53,111 bases of DNA from a virus (Duplodnaviria > Caudoviricetes): positions 1 to 53,111 of the IMG/VR virus record IMGVR_UViG_3300025141_014934. One strand, written 5' to 3'. Position 1 is the stretch's first letter. Every line of letters starts with the position of its first letter. Shown here in pieces: positions 48,635 through 53,111 of this stretch. A program made the position numbers and the translations under genes. Under the pieces are notes generated by a model that had not been told where the DNA came from, ran no database searches, and was given only the letters and a program-made list of their open reading frames with translations.

Positions 48635-49105
48635 TCATTTGTTTTCCAACAAAAGTTGTAAATCTGAAACCCATGTCTTTTCTATTTTTTGCATAGAAGC
48701 AATTTTATTCCGATAAGTCCTATGGCACCGAAGTTCATTGGTTCGAGCGTAACGATAATCATTTTTTACTCCTGTATGTTCACTCACATCAACAGAAACA
48801 AAATCAGAAAATGCGTTGTCATAAAGCCTATCTGGTACTTTTCCTCTACTTTTCTGGAACTCGGCTTTTAGACATCCATCAGGATAAGCTTCATTTCTTG
48901 CTCTTTTGTGTTCCATTGTTTTTCCATTTATAATAAAGTCTGGATTTCCAGCATTGTCGGACTCTGTGACTTCAACTTTGTAGCCGAGAGAGTCAAGATA
49001 AAGCTTGTGTCTGATTTGTGATAAAGCGCCGCGGAAGGCTACTCCAAATCTTTTGTCTTTTTCGACAAATTTAAGAACCTCTTTAATCTCTTCTTCCGTG
49101 ATCAC
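48635..49105 (-). CDS. Putative PD-(D/E)XK endonuclease
   Basis: 156 aa; NPDFIING.TMEHK fits the PD...E-x-K pattern; AT-richer than its surroundings. Confidence 0.45.
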   Translation of the reverse strand: MITEEEIKEVLKFVEKDKRFGVAFRGALSQIRHKLYLDSLGYKVEVTESDNAGNPDFIINGKTMEHKRARNEAYPDGCLKAEFQKSRGKVPDRLYDNAFSDFVSVDVSEHTGVKNDYRYARTNELRCHRTYRNKIASMQKIEKTWVSDLQLLLENK

Positions 49106-49124
49106 CCTCCTTACCTCCGCCGTC

Positions 49125-49415
49125 CTAAAGAATCATCTTCTTTACTTGTTCGTAAGCTTCAACAAGTGCGTCAATATCCTTCTCGTCTTTAATCATCCGG
49201 TAAGCTCTGACGGCCGCCCAAATCTCTTCCTTGGTCAGATAACCCTCGTCAATGTAAGATTTGCGCACATCCCTCTTGTGTTCTTTGAAGGGTGCCATAG
49301 CATCCTCAGTGGCTACAAGATCCTTAAGGTAATTCTTTACGTGCTCTTCTTTTGAAAGAATTACCTCCTTCTTTTCATCGTCCTTATAAGATTCAATTTG
49401 AATTACATTGCTCAT
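49125..49415 (-). CDS. GapR/T4 DsbA-like dsDNA-binding protein (tentative)
   Basis: 96 aa helical; EDAMAPFKEHKRDVRKSY...G....I..AVR resembles the DUF2312/DsbA layout. Confidence 0.45.
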   Translation of the reverse strand: MSNVIQIESYKDDEKKEVILSKEEHVKNYLKDLVATEDAMAPFKEHKRDVRKSYIDEGYLTKEEIWAAVRAYRMIKDEKDIDALVEAYEQVKKMIL

Positions 49416-49610
49416 TTAAGCTTCTCCTTTCTTAACCCAATCATCAATAACAAACCAAGTAGTCGCTAGACCACCGAGTGCGAAATATAGCACCAAAGTA
49501 CCTTTGGCAGCTTCGGCAGCATCGCTAGTGATACTCCAGAAGCACGTAAAATTAAACAATATCAATAGTAGGAAACCCACTAGTGTTCTTGCTGCCTGTG
49601 TTTTAAACAT
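49416..49610 (-). CDS. Small membrane protein (two TM helices)
   Basis: 64 aa, two hydrophobic segments, GGAGG RBS. Confidence 0.65.
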   Translation of the reverse strand: MFKTQAARTLVGFLLLILFNFTCFWSITSDAAEAAKGTLVLYFALGGLATTWFVIDDWVKKGEA

Positions 49611-49634
49611 AATAACCTCCTTCAGTTAAATTTA

Positions 49635-49718
49635 TGGTAGGGAAGGCGGGATTTGAACCCGCAAGCCCGGGGGCGGGAGATTTTAAGTCTCCTGTGTATG
49701 CCATTCCACCACTTCCCC
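49635..49718 (-). tRNA. tRNA-Leu (anticodon TAA)
   Basis: GGGGAAG/CTTCCCT acceptor, D-loop GGAATGGCATAC, GGAGA-CTTAAAA-TCTCC anticodon arm, long variable arm, GCGGG-TTCAAAT-CCCGC, encoded CCA. Confidence 0.95.
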
Positions 49719-49731
49719 AAATCATAGTAAT

Positions 49732-49760
49732 ATAATACACGGTTTGAGGAACGGTGTCAA
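49732..49760 (-). promoter_or_regulatory. Sigma70-type promoter
   Basis: TTGACA-17 nt-TATTAT just upstream of tRNA-Leu. Confidence 0.8.
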
Positions 49761-49768
49761 GTGTTTTT

Positions 49769-50998
49769 CTAAAATTGTTCTTCTTCTGTCGAGCCGTCTA
49801 GGGCTAACGTAGAAGAGTCCTGAGATATTGTTTGAGCAACTAAGTCAAAATAGCCTGTTCCCACTTCTCTCTGATGCTTTGTTGCTGTGTATCCGTGTTT
49901 CTCAGATTCAAACTCTTTCTCTTGAAGTGCCGAATACGCAGACATGTCTCTCTTCTCATAATCGCGGGCCAACTCAAACATGTTGTAGTTCAGGTTATGA
50001 AAACCGGCGAGGGTAATGAATTGAAATTTATATCCCATCGCCCCAAGTTCTCGTTGGAACTTAGCAATTGTGCTATCGTCTAGGTTTTTCTTCCAGTTGA
50101 ACGATGGCGAGCAATTATATGCTAGCATTTTATTGGGATACTTGTCGTGAATAGCCTCAGCAAACTGCTTAGCTTCATCTAAATCTGGCTTTCCAGTCTC
50201 GCACCACAACAAATCAGCATATGGGGCGTACTGGAGTCCCCGATTGATAGCCATATCAATACCGCCATAAATATGTCGGAAACCCTCGCTAGTAATATTT
50301 CCAGAACAAATGAATGGGGTATCCTCACGATCAACGTCAGACGTTAGCAGCCTGGCACTGTTGGCGTCAGTGCGAGCGATAAGTACCGTGGGAGTATTCA
50401 TGACGTCTGCCGCTAATCTAGCTGCAATAAGCTTCTTAATGAACTCAGAAGCCGGAACAAGTACTTTTCCTCCCAGATGACCGCACTTCTTAGCAGAACT
50501 AAGCTGGTCTTCAAAGTGTACGCCTGCTGCTCCTGCTCGAATCATTGACTTCATCAGTTCAAATGCATTTAAGGGGCCGCCGAAGCCAGCCTCAGCGTCG
50601 GCTATGATAGGAGCAAACCACTCACGTTGAGTTTGGCAGTTATTCTCAAGCCACTCAACCTGATCTGCTCGACGAAAAGCGTTATTGATCTTTTGTACAA
50701 GCATCGGGACGCTGTGAGCGGCGTACAGGCTTTGATCAGGGTACATCTCGTGTGAATCATTTGCATCGGCAGCTACCTGCCAGCCTGAACAGTAGATTGC
50801 TTCCATCCCAGCCTTTACCATTTGCATAGCCTGGTTGCCCGTCACAGCCCCCATGGCGTGCACATAGGGCTTGGACTCTAATAGTCCCCAAAGTGTCTCA
50901 GCAGCCCTTGTGGCCACTGTATAGCTCTCCTGTATTGAACCTCTCAGTCGTAATACGTCTACAGATGAGTATGGTCTGATGATATCGTCGTTTCTCAT
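49769..50998 (-). CDS. aceA: Isocitrate lyase
   Basis: [24 protein letters not shown], catalytic [33 protein letters not shown]. Confidence 0.97.
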   Translation of the reverse strand: MRNDDIIRPYSSVDVLRLRGSIQESYTVATRAAETLWGLLESKPYVHAMGAVTGNQAMQMVKAGMEAIYCSGWQVAADANDSHEMYPDQSLYAAHSVPMLVQKINNAFRRADQVEWLENNCQTQREWFAPIIADAEAGFGGPLNAFELMKSMIRAGAAGVHFEDQLSSAKKCGHLGGKVLVPASEFIKKLIAARLAADVMNTPTVLIARTDANSARLLTSDVDREDTPFICSGNITSEGFRHIYGGIDMAINRGLQYAPYADLLWCETGKPDLDEAKQFAEAIHDKYPNKMLAYNCSPSFNWKKNLDDSTIAKFQRELGAMGYKFQFITLAGFHNLNYNMFELARDYEKRDMSAYSALQEKEFESEKHGYTATKHQREVGTGYFDLVAQTISQDSSTLALDGSTEEEQF

Positions 50999-52503
50999 AG
51001 TAATTCATAAGCCTTTATAGTTAAAAAATCATCTAATGTTTCGTTTAAGCAGAAGTTCCTTAACAATCCAGTTGCTTCTTCGGTACTGGAAACTTCTTCA
51101 CTTACCTCGTCCAGCACCTCGTTGAAATAATCGGGCGTCACGACTTGGTATGTATCCAGTACTACGTCATACTTCAGCCATTGCCAAATCTGTGCTCTTG
51201 ATATCTCTGCTGTCGCAGCATCTTCCATCAGATTGTTTATTGGGACACACCCATTTCCTGCTAGCCACGAATTCAAATAACGGAGTGAGACTTCAATGTT
51301 CTTACGTAGTCCAAATTCGGTAAACGTTCCTTTCGGGGGTTTTACTAAATCCTCCTCGAAAGCTGTATTTTCTGTCTGTCGGCTAATTTGGTTCGGAGTT
51401 GGCATATGCTCGTCAAAAATCTCTTTTGCAATTTGTACTAATCCTGGATGTGCAACCCAGGTTCCGTCATGTCCATTTTGGACCTCCCGCAGTTTATCTT
51501 CTCTAACTTTGTTTAAAGCCCTCTCATTGGACTCAGAATCGTTTTTAATGGGGATTTGAGCCGCCATACCTCCCATGGCGTGAACACCCCTACGATGGCA
51601 CGTGTGTACCAGCAAATCGCTATATGTACGCATGAAGGTCTGAGTCATCGTAACTTGGTCCCGATCTGGTACCAAACAGGCTGAATCTCCGTGTAAAGTT
51701 TTGATATAACTAAAGATATAGTCCCATCGACCACAGTTGAGTCCAGCAGAGTATTCACGGAGGGCATAAATGATTTCATCCATCTGGAATGCTGCTGGCA
51801 GCGTCTCTATAAGTACTGTTGCACGGATGGTACCATGCTCAATCCCTAATTCTCTCTCAGAGAAGGCAAAGATATCGGCCCAAAGTTGTGCTTCGTGGAA
51901 ATGTTCCAGTTTTGGAAGGTAGAAATAAGGGCGTGTTCCCTGTTCTATTAGTGATGCAGCGTTGTGAAAGAAATACAATCCAAAATCAAATAATGAGGCT
52001 GGAATAGCTTCGCCATTATGAGTCAAGTGCTTCTCGGTTAGGTGCAGCCCGCGGGGGCGAACGAATAATGTGGCTGTTTCACTATTTAGTTTATAGTGTT
52101 TGTTCTTTACATTATCGTGATACTCAATTGTCTTTACGGCTGCGTCGCGAAGATTAACCTGTCCTAGGATGCAATTTTCCCATGTTGGTGAGTTTGAATC
52201 CTCGAAGTCAGCCATAAAGACGTTAGCCCCAGAATTCATAGCATTAATGATCATCTTTCGATCAACCGGTCCCGTAATCTCAACTCGCCGATCTAAAATA
52301 TCCTCAGGAATTGCAGCTGCTGTCCAATCATCCTCACGAATTGACTGTGTGGCTGAGAGAAATGTTGTCTTTGAGCCAGTTTTGCGCAGATTCAATAGAT
52401 TTTTAATCTTTTGGCCGTAACCCTCAGTTAACTTAGTTAAGAATTCGAGGGCTTCTGGGGTGAGAATCTGCTCACATTCAGGGATATGCTTTAAGATCTT
52501 CAT
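50995..52503 (-). CDS. aceB: Malate synthase A
   Basis: [70 protein letters not shown]. Confidence 0.97.
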   Translation of the reverse strand: MKILKHIPECEQILTPEALEFLTKLTEGYGQKIKNLLNLRKTGSKTTFLSATQSIREDDWTAAAIPEDILDRRVEITGPVDRKMIINAMNSGANVFMADFEDSNSPTWENCILGQVNLRDAAVKTIEYHDNVKNKHYKLNSETATLFVRPRGLHLTEKHLTHNGEAIPASLFDFGLYFFHNAASLIEQGTRPYFYLPKLEHFHEAQLWADIFAFSERELGIEHGTIRATVLIETLPAAFQMDEIIYALREYSAGLNCGRWDYIFSYIKTLHGDSACLVPDRDQVTMTQTFMRTYSDLLVHTCHRRGVHAMGGMAAQIPIKNDSESNERALNKVREDKLREVQNGHDGTWVAHPGLVQIAKEIFDEHMPTPNQISRQTENTAFEEDLVKPPKGTFTEFGLRKNIEVSLRYLNSWLAGNGCVPINNLMEDAATAEISRAQIWQWLKYDVVLDTYQVVTPDYFNEVLDEVSEEVSSTEEATGLLRNFCLNETLDDFLTIKAYELL

Positions 52504-52506
52504 TTA

Positions 52507-53111
52507 TTATCTCCGAAAAGGGAGTACCAATGGCTGTGGGAGCAAAACGTTACACCCCGTCAATTCCTCTCCAGAGCCCACCACATCGGTCTTTCCCACT
52601 TCCTCGCATTCTGCGGCGTTGACGAAACCTACTGCCCCGTTCGCGCAATAATCGTCCGGACTCCACTCAGATACGTCTGAGATTCCATTGCCGTCCATAT
52701 CAAAGTCACACTCGTCCCCAATGCCGTCTCTATCTGAGTCGATTTGGTGGTGATTGTAGACGGAGATACAATTATCTGCATGGTCATTAACACCGTCGTT
52801 GTCATGATCCGTTACACACTGCATGTTTTTGGTATAGTCACGACGGTGAAGGAGTGGGCACTCGTCAACTAGGTCTAAAACCCCGTCATTATCATCATCA
52901 GAATCGCAGACATCGCCCCAACCGTCACCGTCGGTGTCAGTTTGACTTGGATTTCCCACATCTGAGCAATTATCTTCAGAATTAATTACCGAGTCTCCGT
53001 CTAGATCCTCGTCGCAAGAATCCCCAAGACCATCAGCGTCCCTATCAAATTGATTTGGATTCCAACTAGTGCGGCAGGTGTCGCATGCGTCGCCCCAACC
53101 ATCTGAGTCTA
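52507..53111 (-). CDS. Thrombospondin type-3 repeat (Ca-binding) protein, 5' partial
   Basis: Frame is open to the right edge: DSDGWGDACD..C....NPNQ.D.DADGLGDSCD, DNC..V.NP.Q.D.DGDG.GD.CD repeats. Confidence 0.88.
   Translation of the reverse strand, partial: DSDGWGDACDTCRTSWNPNQFDRDADGLGDSCDEDLDGDSVINSEDNCSDVGNPSQTDTDGDGWGDVCDSDDDNDGVLDLVDECPLLHRRDYTKNMQCVTDHDNDGVNDHADNCISVYNHHQIDSDRDGIGDECDFDMDGNGISDVSEWSPDDYCANGAVGFVNAAECEEVGKTDVVGSGEELTGCNVLLPQPLVLPFRR

Noticed and set aside
23595-52503. Interpretation as a bacterial chromosome (LPS locus plus aceBA) or an eCIS/tailocin locus
   Set aside because: Single-strand dense packing, a gp55-like sigma factor, a phage-type nuclease, many tiny ORFs and no transporters, regulators or housekeeping genes favour a large phage. 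It cannot be fully excluded, because capsid and terminase genes are not in the window.
496-52651. Numerous plus-strand ORFs of 60-170 aa in the track
   Set aside because: All are antisense shadows of long, motif-bearing minus-strand genes and have no recognisable motifs.
1-53111. Stop-codon reassignment
   Set aside because: Genes are full length in code 11 and end in TAA, TAG and TGA; no suppressor tRNA was seen.
1-53111. CRISPR array, diversity-generating retroelement, integrase/att site, introns or inteins
   Set aside because: No spaced repeats, reverse transcriptase, recombinase or interrupted conserved genes were seen by eye. The Cas4-like nuclease is a solo phage type.

Overview
This window is a 53 kb piece of a large, probably lytic, myovirus-type (jumbo/T4-like) bacteriophage genome. 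Essentially every real gene is on the minus strand, tightly packed, in genetic code 11. Reading in transcription order (right to left): a partial thrombospondin type-3 repeat protein; a complete glyoxylate shunt (aceB-aceA); tRNA-Leu(UAA); a GapR/DsbA-like protein; a putative endonuclease; a structurally aberrant tRNA-Ile(UAU)-like RNA with no D-arm in the normal position; small early-type ORFs; a serine protease, PIN-PhoH and a RecB/Cas4-like nuclease; a ~19 kb glycan biosynthesis/modification island; a gp55-like sigma factor; and a baseplate module. The baseplate module comprises a gp5-like hub with an M15 peptidase, a spike-like protein, a 2443 aa orphan, gp25, gp6/J, a DNRLRE-domain protein and a >2600 aa multi-LamG gp7-like protein that runs off the left edge. 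The most notable items are the rearranged tRNA-like RNA, the phage-borne glyoxylate cycle, a candidate rare-sugar pathway, and direct sequence scars of gene shuffling in the glycan island. All family assignments come from motif recognition by eye; no database searches were run.
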